Shown: positions 36,811-48,660 of the stretch, piece by piece
How the letters are laid out: every line of letters starts with the position of its first letter
Numbering within the stretch: position 1 is the first letter of the stretch
Source: Hydrolagus colliei
Taxonomy: Eukaryota
Length of the DNA: 64,000 nucleotides
NCBI GenBank assembly: GCA_035084275.1
Contig: CM068775.1
Coordinates: forward strand, 806,001-870,000
Direction: 5' to 3'
The notes under the pieces: generated by a model
The model's database searches: none
Told to the model about the DNA's origin: nothing
What the model saw: the letters and a program-made list of their open reading frames with translations, nothing else
Made by a program: the position numbers and the translations under genes

Positions 36811-38495
36811 ATGGAAACAGATTGCGAAATGACGGACATAGCGTGGGCCGACGGATACAGAGTGAAGATAACAAAAGCGATTCAAAAATTAAAATTGGGA
36901 AAAGGCAACGAGTAGGTTCCAGAACCGACCGAGCCAAATTCGTTCAAAGAGTTGAGCAGGGCGGTGCAGAAGTTAGGTGAGGAGCGAAGATTAGGAAAAG
37001 GTGGAAAGCTGACAATATGGAAATATTGGATGATAATTAATTGCGAGAAGGAGAAAGAAAGGAATGAGGTGATCAGTGGCTATAACAGGGATTTCTATCA
37101 CGAGAGAGAGAAAGAGAGGATGGTATCGGAGGAGGTAATAAGGAAAGGCGAGGAAAGGGAGAATAACCTCAGGGAAAACTGCAATAGACAAGCGGTGTTT
37201 ATGAATATGATGGCAGCGGACGCCGCTAAAGTGAAAGAATTATAAGACAGTAACCGGACAGTGCGGGAAGAGTTGGATAAGGTTAAGAAGGAGAATGAGG
37301 ACCTAAGAGGGCACTGCGAATACAGGAGATGAGTAGAGCAGAAAAGAGGGAGCCAGAGAGTCTGCGTCTGAATCGGGGGCAAACAGAGAAGGTGAACCGC
37401 AGGGCGCTGGCAGCATCCGTAATGGCGGAAAGGGAAGAGTCAGGGATGGATTGGGATGACCTAGAAGAGGAAGCCGCTCAATATGACGCTGAGGGTGATG
37501 ACGATGAGTATTGCTGTCCTGAATATGGCCAGCAAGGGGAGCGCGAGCGGCTGAGCAGCCGGTGTTTCCTGTTGTTCGCCGCCGCGGACCAGAGACTTAC
37601 CAACCGCTCACACCCGGGGATGTTAAGGAACATTGCGGGTTATTGGGGCCAACGCTAACCACTGGGACATCCTACCAAGCCTGGAGGGTAAAATGGCAGC
37701 CTTGGAAGGACGATCACAGTGACTGCTTAACAAATCAAGATCGTTGCAAAGTGCTGAAGAATATGCTGTCGGTTGAGTTGCGCAACGCTTTAGATCCGGC
37801 TGTGATCCCACAGGGCTGCCCTATAACTAATAGGGGATTACAGGAGTTCGAGAACGAGATTCGTAACATACTGACCGCTCACTCGGACCCGTGCAAATTG
37901 CTCAACGGGGAAAAACAAGGGGGGAATGAGACAACGTTATCATTCCATGTGCGGCTGTGGCCACTTTACTCGGAGGCTGAGGAACAGCCTCTCACTCGAG
38001 CCCAGTGTGAAGCATCGGAACGATATAAAAAATGTTGGATGGGGAAACTCAATAAAACAACCAAACAAGAGCCGGTGTGGACAACACAAGTGTCAGCAGC
38101 AGAGGGCAATACGGGTTTTTATAACCAGGGAGCTGGGAGGGGTAGAGGAAATTCCAGGGGCCGTGGAAACTATCCCGTACAAACAGGCAGTAAGGGAAAC
38201 CTTCGTTGCTGGATATGTGGACATTTTAAGGGACAATGCCCGTCAGCAATTGACGGTAACCGCGACAAGAATGATGACTCCCCATACAAAGAGTTAACAC
38301 GCGCAGTGCGCGTGTTAACTCTTTGTATGGGGAGTCATCATTCTTGTCGCGGTTACCGTCAATTGCTGACGGGCATTGTCCGCAGCAGCAAAACGAGCAG
38401 TTGCTCCCCAATTGAAACCTAAGCCTGTCCAGACAATAAACTCCGCTTCGGCACCACAAGCGGAGGGAGAGGCGAGCGGGAGGTATGACGATTGA
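36811..38495 (+). pseudogene. gag: gag, with stops and frameshifts
   Basis: ATG at 36811, coiled-coil-rich N-terminus, capsid-like ORF 37562-38422, knuckle remnant CWICGHFKGQCP, terminal TGA 38493-38495. Confidence 0.7.
38231..38381. repeat. Perfect 75-bp inverted repeat with 1-nt loop
   Basis: Arms 38231-38305 and 38307-38381 are exact reverse complements. Confidence 0.95.
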
Positions 38496-39005
38496 CGTGT
38501 TGGCGACCCGCGCGATAAGGAGGCCGTGTGTATTCCATTTCGGCTCCAAGGGGGGGGGGGCGCCCTTTTATTCCCATTTACTGCGCGGGTGAACGCCATC
38601 ACCTTCTCATTGACTCCGGATCGACGGTTACTATTTTACCATGCCCAAACGGCATCCCCTCCGACGGGAGAAAAGATAGCCATGTCGGGAGTATCAGGGA
38701 AGGAGGTTACCGGGAGTGTTTTATATCCCCTTTCCTCCCATATTACTCCTAAATTTGCCATTACACTTCGACAACCCGTTGCCATAACGCAGATGTCCGA
38801 ATCAGGTATATTAGGTGGGGATGAATTGAATGATAGAGGGGCTGTACTGGATTATGCAAACAAATGTTTATGGCTATGTCCGATAGGACTAACAAAAGGG
38901 GGAAGTAAGGCCATTTTAGATTGTCATTTGGTGCATGCGATTAACAAACCCGAGGATTATCCACAGTTTGTTCACCCTCAAAATTGGGTGAACGTTCTCA
39001 TAGAT
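38496..39005 (+). pseudogene. pro: Retroviral aspartic protease (frameshifted)
   Basis: GRPFIPIYCAGERHHLLIDSGSTVTIL...TGEKIAMSGVSG...ILGGDELNDRGAVLDYANKCLW. Confidence 0.8.
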
Positions 39006-40702
39006 AAGGCAAATCTTGCCTTACAAATCTGATAGAATTTTTTGATGAGGTAACAGAATGGGTGCATAATGGTAGTGCAGTTGATGTAGTTTACATGGAC
39101 TTTCAAAAGGCGTTTGACAAAGGGATGCACCCTAGGTTACTAAGTGAGGCACGGGAGCAAATAGCAGGGACTCTGGCCACGATCTTTCAATCTTCCTTGG
39201 AAACAGGGGTCGTGCCAGAGGACTGGAGGATAGCTAAGGTTACTCCCTTGTATACAAAGGGGCAGAAGGACAGGCCTGGTAACTACAGACCAGTCAGTCT
39301 AACGTCGGTAGTGGGCAAACTTCTAGAGTCCATAATCAGGGACAAGGTAGATCTTCACTTAGAAAGATATAGGCTAATAAAGGACAGTCAACATGGATTT
39401 GTTAAAGGCAAATCTTGCCTTACAAATCTGATTGAATTTTTTGATGAGGTAACGGAATGGGTGGATAATGGTAGCGCAGTTGATGTAGTTTACATGGACT
39501 TTCAAAAGGCATTTGACAAAGTGCCACATGAGAGACTTATTATGAAATTAAAGGCCCATGGCGTAAAAGGGACAGTGGCAGCGTGGATCCACAACTGGCT
39601 GCGAGACAGAAAGCAGAGAGTTGTAGTGAGCGGCTGTTTTTCAGATTGGAGGGAAGTGAGCAGTGGTGTGCCACAGGGATCAGTTTTGGGACCATTGCTG
39701 TTTGTAATCTACATCAATGATCTGGACTTGGGTGTACGGAGTACAGTTTCCAAGTTTGCAGATGACACTAAGTTGGGGAGAATAGTAAACAGTGAGGAGG
39801 ATAGTAGCCATCTGCAAGAGGATATAGACAAATTGGTAAAGTGGGCAGACACATGGCAGATGAAGTTTAATGCAGAGAAGTGTGAGGTGATGCATTTTGG
39901 GAGAAGAAATGAAGGGAGGCAATATAGGCTAGATAGTACAATTTTAAATGGTGTGAAGGAACAGAGAGACCTGGGGATTTGTGTTAGTGACTCGTTGAAG
40001 GTGGCAGGACAGGTAGACAAGGCTGTTAAGAAGGCATATGGGATACTAGGCTTTATAAATAGGGGTATAGAGTACAAAAGTCAGGAAGTGCTGACTAACC
40101 TCTATAGGACTTTGGTGAGGCCTCAGCTGGAATACTGTGTTCAATTCTGGTCACCACACTACAGAAAGGATGTGAAGGCATTGGAAAGGGTACAACGAAG
40201 ATTTACTAGGATGGTGCCAGGATTGAGGGACTTCAGCTGTGAGGAGAGGCTAGATAGGCTAGGGTTATTCTCTCTGTAGCAGAGAAGATTGAGGGGACAC
40301 CTAATAGAGGTTTGCCCTGTCGAAACCCCTCATGATCTTATGATCATGAGGGGTTTCGACAGGGCAAATAGAGAAAAACTATTTCCACTCGTGGGTGAAT
40401 CTGTGACTCGTGGTCACAGATTTAAAATAGTTTCAAGGCGAAGTAGAGGGGAGCTGAGGAGAAATCTTTTCACTCAGCGAGTTGTTCGAATCTGGAATGC
40501 ATTGCCTGAAAAGGTGGTGGAGGCTGATTCGATAACAACTTTTAAAAGGGAATTAGATCTTTATTTAGGGAGAACGGGTCTATTAGGCTATGGGGAGCGG
40601 GCAGGGCAGTGGGATTGAATCGCTCTTTTCAAAATCTAGTCTTTTCACAGACTAGATGGGCCGAATGGCCTCCTTTTGTGCCGTAAAATTCTATGATTCT
40701 AT
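39006..40702 (+). mobile_element. 5'-truncated young CR1 inserted into pol
   Basis: RT ORF 39062-40279 (GVPQGSVLGP, FADDTK); attctatgattctat tail; flanks rejoin as VNVLID-RFPEV. Confidence 0.95.
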
Positions 40703-43600
40703 AGGTTCCCTGAGGTCATGGCTAAACATAAACATGATTGCTGTCGTTTGGAAGACATAGAGACGATAAACGGCCCTACTCACACACCATGCAAGCAATA
40801 CCGTATTCCGTCCGAATCAATCCCTGCGCTCACGATAGCTATAGCGAGTTTGTTATCCCAAGGAGTGATACGAGAAGGGCTGTTTACGACGAACTCACCT
40901 ATCTGACCGGTCAAGAAACCTGACGGTTCTTGGCGTTTGACAATTGATTACCGACGCCTCAATTCCGTCACACTGGTGTGTATCCCGCTGGTGAGTGATA
41001 TGAGCACACTATTGAAGGACATTCCCATTGACTGCCGTGTGTACTCGACCCTGGATGTATCAAATGGGTTTTGGAGTGTGCCTGTGAGGAGAGCGGACCA
41101 ACACAAATTTGCGTTTACCTTTGATGGGCAACAATATACCTGGAACGTGTTACCCCAAGGGTTCCACAACTCTCCTACGATTTTCCACCTCCGCATGGTA
41201 CGCGCCCTGCGACACATCTCTGTCCCTACGACTTCTCGGGTGCTCCAATATGTGGACAACATATTGATAGCCTCGCCCACGATGGAAGAGCATAAAGAAA
41301 CTGTGTCCAATGTGGTGGAAGCACTGGCGCAATCCGGTTTGAAACTCAACCCCAGGAAAGTCAGATTTGCCGAAAAGTCTGTCACATTTTTGGGGATACA
41401 ATTAGATTCTTCCGGACTGCGCCCTGATCCTCATAAGGTGTCCATTATCCAGAGGCTTCCGCTCCCCGTCACGAAAACGGCACTGCGGTCTTTCATCGGT
41501 TTGGTGAGTTATCAACGCCAGTTCATTCCTCAGTTTGCTGAGGAAGCCAAGACCCTGTATGCGCTGTTAAAGTCAGAAGTCGAAGATGACTTGAGAGATG
41601 TTTGGACACCTGATCACACAGCCGCAGTGGAGGCACTTAAACAGGCAACAATACAAGCTGTGGCCTTAAACCATCCACAACCGGAAATACCATTCCACCT
41701 TGAAGTCGCGTCTACAAATCAATCATTGGCTGCTGTCTTAACTCAACCAGTCAACGGTCAGCTAGCCCCCATTTCATTCATATCGCGAATTCTGACAGGA
41801 GTGGAAGAACAGTTTTCCAACTGCGAAAAACATTTACTAGCCGTTTGTTGGGCGGTGAACTCTTTCCGATATGTTACTGGAATGCAGAAGATAATATTAC
41901 ATTCCCCCCACACCCCCGTGCAATTGATGGCCAAACCCGGTACTACTTTGGTGTCTTCCCATCGTCTGACGCAATGGGCGCTGTCTCTGGCATCTACAAA
42001 CTTGTCGGTAGTTGCAAAACCAACAACGTTGTTACCCCAGATGCTGCTATATTCAGGGGATGCCCATACATGTCCCATGCCGAACACTACGTTTGGACCC
42101 AACGGCGTCGACCCAACTCCTATCGTGCCTCAATCGGGTGTATATCCGGTGGAGGTATACATTGACGGTTCATCTTATTATGAAGAAGGAGTTCCCCGTA
42201 AAGGGTTCTCTGTGGTGTACCCAGACTACACGTCACAGTTTAGATGCGTTCCACATTCTGCACAATATGCTGAGTTGGCAGCTGTAACGAAAGCCGTGCG
42301 CCGCACACAGGAAGTGCCAACCAACGTGTGGTCGGATAGTGCGTATGTGGTAAATACGGTTTTACTTTTGCCTCTGTACTCCAGCCGCGATTTCAAGACA
42401 GCAACGGGAAAGACATTGTGCCATGCACCTCTCATTCGGGCGCTCGGCAGCCAGTTGCTGACTCGCTCGTCACCCATTCACATTGGAAAAGTCCCAGCGC
42501 ACCGGTCTGGTGGAACACATTCTGCAGGCAACCGTAAAGCGGACAATGCCGCTAAGGAAGCTGCTAAACACGGAGAACTTTGGGTGGCTCCTGGAGATTC
42601 GCGTCACCCTGTGTCTGCAGTCAGTACTCAACCCACGTTCACTGATTTAACGGTGCTGCAACAGACATACTCGCCTTACGTCGAAGCAATTCAATATCAC
42701 ATAGATTCGGTTTCTATGGACGATAGTACACCCCCCCAGTATGACTGGTTTCAATACACGTCTGTACATACGCCGAACTGTATGTCTTCAAAACAAATGG
42801 TTCCCCTTTTGATGCGACACTTAGGGAATGCTGTACCTGCTGTAGTTTGCGTCCCTCCGACACGTGCGGATGCAGTATTTAGCTTGTACCACTCAAGTCC
42901 AACGGGAGGCCATTTCGGGGTGAAAAAGACAGTGTCCAAAATTTTGACTTCAATGTGGTGGCCAGGTATAGGTGAGGATACCCGAGACAGGTGCGCTCGA
43001 GCATAATGTGTTTACAGCATAACCCAATGCCAGGGATGAAGCGAGCTATGCTTGGAGCTGGATCCCCTCCAACTGGTCCATGGGCTAGTGTTCAAGTCGA
43101 TTTTATTGGCCCTTTGCCACCAGCAGCAGGCGGGTTTCGGTATTGCATAGTGGTAATTGACAGCTTCACTAAATGGATTGAGGCATTCCCCACCAAAATT
43201 GCCACCGCATTGACTGCTGCGCGAGTTCTTTTGAGGGAGGTACTTTGCAGGTGGGGTATACCAGAGGTGTTGGATAGCGATCAGGGCCCACATTTCATTG
43301 GAGAAGTTTTTAGTCAACTCCTGAAAATGATGGAAATTGACCATCATAAACACATTGCCTATCATCCACAGTCCTCGGGAGTTGTAGAAAGATCAAATCG
43401 AACACTAAAACTCCTACTGTCAAAATTCTGTGCGGACCACCCATCGCAATGGGTACTTGGGCTGCCAATGTGTTTGATGGCCATGCGGGCCACGCCCCAT
43501 TCCACTACAGGGATTTCACCGTATCAGGCTATGACGGGGAGACTCATGCGACTCCCCGGATGCACAATGGTGATGACAAAGGAGGCTTTGGAGCAGGAGA
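40703..43600 (+). pseudogene. pol: pol: RT, degenerate RNase H (tether), second RNase H, integrase
   Basis: NSPI*PVKKPDGSWRLTIDYRRLN, LDVSNGFW, LPQGFHNSP, YVDN; LEVAST...CEKHLLAV; YIDGS...SAQYAELAAV...WSDSAY...GNRKADNAAK; HHCC and VDFIGP...DSDQGPHF...VERSNRTLK. Confidence 0.9.
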
Positions 43601-43611
43601 AAGGGAATATT

Positions 43612-44218
43612 GTTCTACAGGGCGCAGCGGAGGTGGGGGGAGGAAACCGCAGAGCGGATTTTCTCAATTTTGGATTCGAGGAAATCCAGCATCTCGTCAC
43701 AACGAACGTTTGATGCGGTCCAGCCAGATTTGCCGGTGGACCGTGAGGCCAGAGTTGAGCCAGGTGCGTTCAACTGCTCTCACTTGGCTTTTGAGGGAAC
43801 GGAGGTGAGATGTGTACCACGGTGATGATCGGGAATGGGAGACGGTTTTGGAGGTAAGGGGGGCCAGGGTGTCGAGGGTAGTGGAGAGGGTGTTGTGTAG
43901 GGCGGTGGAGGCGGAGGATGGATCGGTACAAAAAGAATGCCATTGTGGGAGGAGGTCGGAGGTTTCCAGGGCAGAGGTGAAAGTTTGAGGGGGAATCTTC
44001 TTCCAGGGCCGGTAGAAGATGGTGGTGGGTTTGGAAGTGGAGTGGGGAGGGATAGAGGTGTTGCAGGAAATGAAAAAATGGTCAGAAATGGCCTTTTCTG
44101 TGATGGTGACGCCAGAGACGTGCGCAATTGGCTGCTCGGGACACACGCCTCCTGTGCAGCGCCTTGGGACATCCTCCCGACGTGAAAGGCGCTCTATAAG
44201 TGTAATTTGTTGTTGTTG
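43612..44218. mobile_element. L2 fragment (minus, 43612-44120) fused to an L2 3' tail (plus)
   Basis: Minus: DHFFISC...IWLDRIK; plus: gcagcgccttgggacatcctcccgacgtgaaaggcgctctataag(ttg)n. Confidence 0.7.
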
Positions 44219-44369
44219 CCACGATTCACCCACAAATATACAGTCAATTCACTTTACAATATATTCTGTAGAGCGTTTTGGGATGTTGATAAGATGTGGA
44301 AAACACTATATCAAATGCAAGGATTATTATAAAATTATTGTCTGGATTACCTTACTCCACACACACCTT

Positions 44370-44615
44370 CATAGATTCATAGAATTTTAAGGCACAAAAG
44401 GAGGCCATTCAGCCCATCTAGTCCGTGCCAGCTCTTAGAAAAGAGCAATGCAATCCCACTGCCCTGGCCGCTCCCCATAGCCTAATAGACCTGTTCTCCC
44501 TAAATAAAGATCTAATTCCCTTTTAAAAGTTGTTATCGAATCAGCCTCCACCACCTTTTCAGGCAATGCATTCCAGATTCGAACAACTGGCTGAGTGAAA
44601 ATATTTCTCCTCAGC
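44370..44615 (-). mobile_element. Young CR1 3' end
   Basis: catagattcataga tail; near-identical to 12745-13000. Confidence 0.85.
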
Positions 44616-45249
44616 TCCCCTCTGCTTCATGCCTGATAATAATCAAGAAAACTACAGTAAAAGCCAATTTATCCATGACCCAAACAACCATAAGATTCAT
44701 ATAACTGGCACCTGACAAAAAGGGTCCCCATTCGAATAACTGGATCTTATCTGTCACAATCGCTACGGCGCATTTAATGAGTTGATTGTCGCACAAGAGT
44801 ACAGTATGATTAGTTCTGAATGCTGCCGGTAGAGGTGTTTCCAGGTTTTCATCCTAAAGAGCACTGTTTTTCTTCTCCCTCTCTGCTTTTTCTCTCTCCC
44901 TCTTTTTCTTTCCCTCTATCCCTCTCCCTCCTTCCTCTTTATCTCTCCCTCTCTCTTTCTATCTCTTCCCCTTTCTTTCCTTCTCTCTCTGATGCATACT
45001 ACATTGCCTGTGTATCCTGATGGCATTGTGGGTTTATACACTGTTTTGGTGAGGGATGGGGTGGGAGAAGGTGAAAGAGGCAGGGAGAGAGAGAGGGTGG
45101 GGTGTGGGGGGAAAAGAGAGCAAAAGAGTTGAGGGAGAAAGAGAGGAGTGAGAGGGGGAGATGGAGGTGGGGGAGAGGATGGGAGAGAGAGTGGGGGTGA
45201 ATTGATTAATTTAGATGGTAAATGCGAGGAGTGGAGGTGGGGTTGGGTT

Positions 45250-46230
45250 TGAACAACTCGCTGGGTGAAAACATTTCTCCTCATCTCCCATCTGCTTCTT
45301 TTTGAAACTATTTTAAATCTGTGAGCCAAGTCACTGAGACACCCACCAGCGGATACAGTTTTCCCTACCTACTCTGTTGAATCCCCTCATAATCTTAAAA
45401 ATCTCTATTATGTCTCCTCGTAACCTTCTCTGTTCCAATAAGAATAAACCTAGCCTCTCTAGCCTTTCCTTATAGCTGAAGTCCCTCATTCCTGGTACCA
45501 TCCAAGTAAATCTGCAAACTATCCAATGCCTTAACTTTCTTCCTAAAGTGTGGTGACCGGAAGTGTACACAGTACTCTAGCTGATTCCTAACCAAAGTTT
45601 TATAGTTTAATAGAGTTTAGTTAGAACTACCTGACTTTTGTACTCTATGCCTCTATTTATAAAACTTAGTATCACTATCCCGTACGCTTTTTTGATAGCC
45701 TTGTCTACCTGTCTTACCACCTTCAAAGAATCACTCACACATACCCCCAGGTCGCTCTGTTCCTTCACACCCCTTACAATTGTACTACCTAAACTATATT
45801 GCCTCCACTCATTTCTCCTCCCATTTCTTTACATTAAACTTCATCTGCCATGTGTCTGCCCATTTTATAATTCGGTCCATATCTTCTTGCAGATGACTAC
45901 TACCCTCCTCACTATTTACTATTTTTCCTCACTTTGTGTCATCTGCAAACTTTGAAATGGTACTCTTTATACCCAAGTCCAGATCACTAATATCAATTAA
46001 AAAGAGCAGTGGTCCCAATGGGGGACGCCAATGTACACTTCCGTTCAGCCCAACTCTCTGCTTTCTGTCTCCCAGCCAGTTCTGGATCCATGCTGCCACT
46101 GTCCCTTTAATTCCGTGGGCTTCTATTTTCTTTATGAGCCTTTCATGTGGTACTTTGTCAAATGCCTTTTGAAAGTCCATATAAACTACATCAACTGCAC
46201 TACCCTCATCCACCCATTCTGTTACCTCAT
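45250..46230 (-). mobile_element. CR1 RT to 3' region, degenerate
   Basis: DVVYMDFQKAFDKVPH...FADDTK and GLFLLEQRRLRGD. Confidence 0.8.
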
Positions 46231-46359
46231 CAAAAAAGCAGTTTTGCCCTCAAATATATGGACCATTCACTTTATATTCTGTGAAGCTCTTTGAGATGTC
46301 TGGATGACATAAGGCATTGTATCAAATGAAAGGATTATTACATTATCGTTTATACTGTC

Positions 46360-46715
46360 TCTCCTTCGTGTCCTCCCTGGTGTTTCTGGAGAAACTGTTT
46401 CATTATGAAACTCTTTCCACACTCAGTCCATCTGTACAGTCCCTCCTGAATGTGATCACTGGTGTGTCTGGAGGTGCCCAGACCATGTGAAACTCTTCCC
46501 ACATCCCACTCAGCACATGGATACATTCTGTCCTGTGTGAGTGATGGTGTATCTGGAGAATCTCTGCCTGTGTGGAACTCTGCTAACATTTAGTGCATGT
46601 GTATGGCTTCTCCCGTGTGTGTGATCGTTGGTGTATCTGGAGATGCCCCGGCTGTGAAATACTCTACCCACATTCGTCACAATGATACAATCTGTCTCCT
46701 GTGTGTGAGTGCTGG
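46360..46715 (-). pseudogene. C2H2 zinc-finger array remnant (about 4 fingers)
   Basis: HTGDRLYHCDECG*...HQRSHTREKPYTCTKC*...CGKSFIMKQFLQKHQGGH; stops and frameshifts. Confidence 0.8.
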
Positions 46716-46930
46716 TGAACGCCATCTCTCCATCTCTCTTTCTGTCTCACTAGCTCTCTCCATCTCTCTCCAACTCTCTGTCTCTCTCCATCTCTCTATC
46801 TCCCTATCTCTCACTATCAACCTGTCTCTCTCCACCAACTCTCTGCCTTTCACTATCTCATTTTCTCTCTCTATCTCTGTCTGTCTCTCTATATCTCTCT
46901 ATCCCTCAGTGCCACACACACACACACAGT
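46716..46930. repeat. CT-rich low-complexity tract
   Basis: Visible (CT)-rich sequence; similar tracts at 44870-45240, 47400-47760 and 61890-62110. Confidence 0.8.
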
Positions 46931-47769
46931 GACTGAGCAAATAATTAACCATTTATTGTGATATTACAGATCTTTATTGTTGTGGATTTTAGAGCATCCG
47001 ATCACACAGAGAAAATAACTCACTTCCCCACCTCTGTACACATCCTGTAGCTCAGTGGTTAGAGTCCTGGCCTCGCAAACTAAGTTTCTTTACTCCCCAC
47101 ACACAAGGACACACACACACAAGCCTCTGTTTACCAGCTGTGAGTAGGAACCCGCTTGTTAGTTGATTGGTGGATCACTTTACCTCTTGGGGTAATAATC
47201 CCTTCAAAATAATAATAATAATAATGTGGTCACTTCAACCCACTGTTGGCTATTTGTGGGGATGTCACTGGGTGCACTTGGCTGCAGCATTTTCCTCTCC
47301 CACAAAACACACTTTACAGTGTGTCCCTGTGAAGCACTTTGTGATGTCTCGATGATGGGATAAGGCCCTTGGTCGAACGCCAGGATAATTGTTATTAATA
47401 TTATTACTGTCTCTTTCTCCCTATCTCTCTCTCCCCTTCCCTCTCTCTCTCATTCCCCGCCTCTCTCTGTCCTCTCCTCTCTCTCCATCCCTTCCTCTGT
47501 CTCACCTTTCTCGCTCCCTCCCTCTTTCCCCCTCTTCATCCTCCCCCCATCTCTCCCTTCTCCTCTCCCCTCATGCCCCACCACTCTTTCTCCGTCCCTC
47601 CCTCCTCATCTGTGTGTGTTTGTGTGTGCCTCTCCCTTCCTCCCATTCATGTCCCCCTTTATGTAAATTATTATTAATTATCCTTAATTATTACACAGGC
47701 CTTTCCCCCCTCTCCCCCCTCCCTCTCTCCCCAACTCCTCTCCCCCCGCCCTACTTCCCATTCACCTTC

Positions 47770-48660
47770 CTCACTCGCCATTGATGCAAGACTAGGCCAC
47801 AGCCTGCTAGAAGTAGGCAGGCCGGAGTCAGGGCAGTGGTTAAGAGGAAACAGGCCACGTTGTGCCTGTGGTAGGCAGCCCAGCCCATGTTGGCAGTGGC
47901 CCGAGGCCTCAGGTGAGATGCCCCCTTGTGCCGAGCCATTTATTCCACCCAGAAGAGGGTGCGATCTTTGGGGTGGTCATGGTGTAGGCCCGAGAGCTGC
48001 CTCATGTTGTCAGCGTAGGCCCGGTCGCTTAGTAACAGGCCCAGCAAGCGGCCAAACTCGCCAGGCCCCATCCTCACGAAAGCCCTCCCTCCCTCCCTTT
48101 TGGTGGCTGAGCAGGTCTTCCGGTGGTAGCCATGGCAACAGGAGGGTTTGGGGGCCTAGTCGTGCAGGCCAAGGTCCCGTGTGTCTCCACACCACTCTCT
48201 GGGGGAGGCTTCCACCATCTCCTCGTTCACCTTGGAGGGTAGGGATCCCACCATCATCCCCTGCGAAATCACAATCACCCCATGGGAGCCAGAACAGGCC
48301 ACAAATTCCTCCAAGTCCTCGGGCAAGGCCCCACAGATATGCACTGGAATCTGCCCAGAACACCTTGTTGGGCAGCAAGGGCCAGGGAACTCAAACTCAA
48401 GGTCCACCCTCATCAGCCACAGGTCAGCCAAGAGCAAAAGGGAGTCCATCTCAAAACCGGGGCCTAGCTAACGCAGACACAGCCTGTTCAGCTCAGGTTT
48501 GAAAATGTGGGTGGAGGCCAAGCCCCACTGGAGGTAGTAGAGGACGTTCTGGAGGCGTTGGAGGAAGGATATGCGGTCAGTGAAGCTGAAGTAGGTGATG
48601 GGGGCGTAGGAGGGAGGCAAGGGAGCCATATCCATGTGGCCCTCATGGCTTGCCAGATTA
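47770..48660 (-). pseudogene. UGT: UDP-glucuronosyltransferase pseudogene, intronless (UGT5-like)
   Basis: EGHMDMAPLPPSYAP...TDRISFLQRLQNVLYY, ADLWLMRVDLEFEFP, LPEDLEEFVACSGSHGVIV, LPQRVVWRH...WLPPEDLLSH, DNMRQLSGLHHD...FWVE*MARHKGASHLR; stops, frameshifts and an internal deletion. Confidence 0.85.

Larger units (their letters stand above)
36002..43600 (+). mobile_element. 3'-truncated endogenous retrovirus-like element (lokiretrovirus/spuma-like), interrupted by CR1
   Basis: LTR-PBS-gag-pro-RT-RNase H-like tether-RNase H-integrase order; no env or 3' LTR seen before the L2 at 43612. Confidence 0.85.

Noticed and set aside
43449-44233. env or accessory gene downstream of integrase
   Set aside because: The sequence is a minus-strand L2 fragment, near-identical in part to 29800-30070
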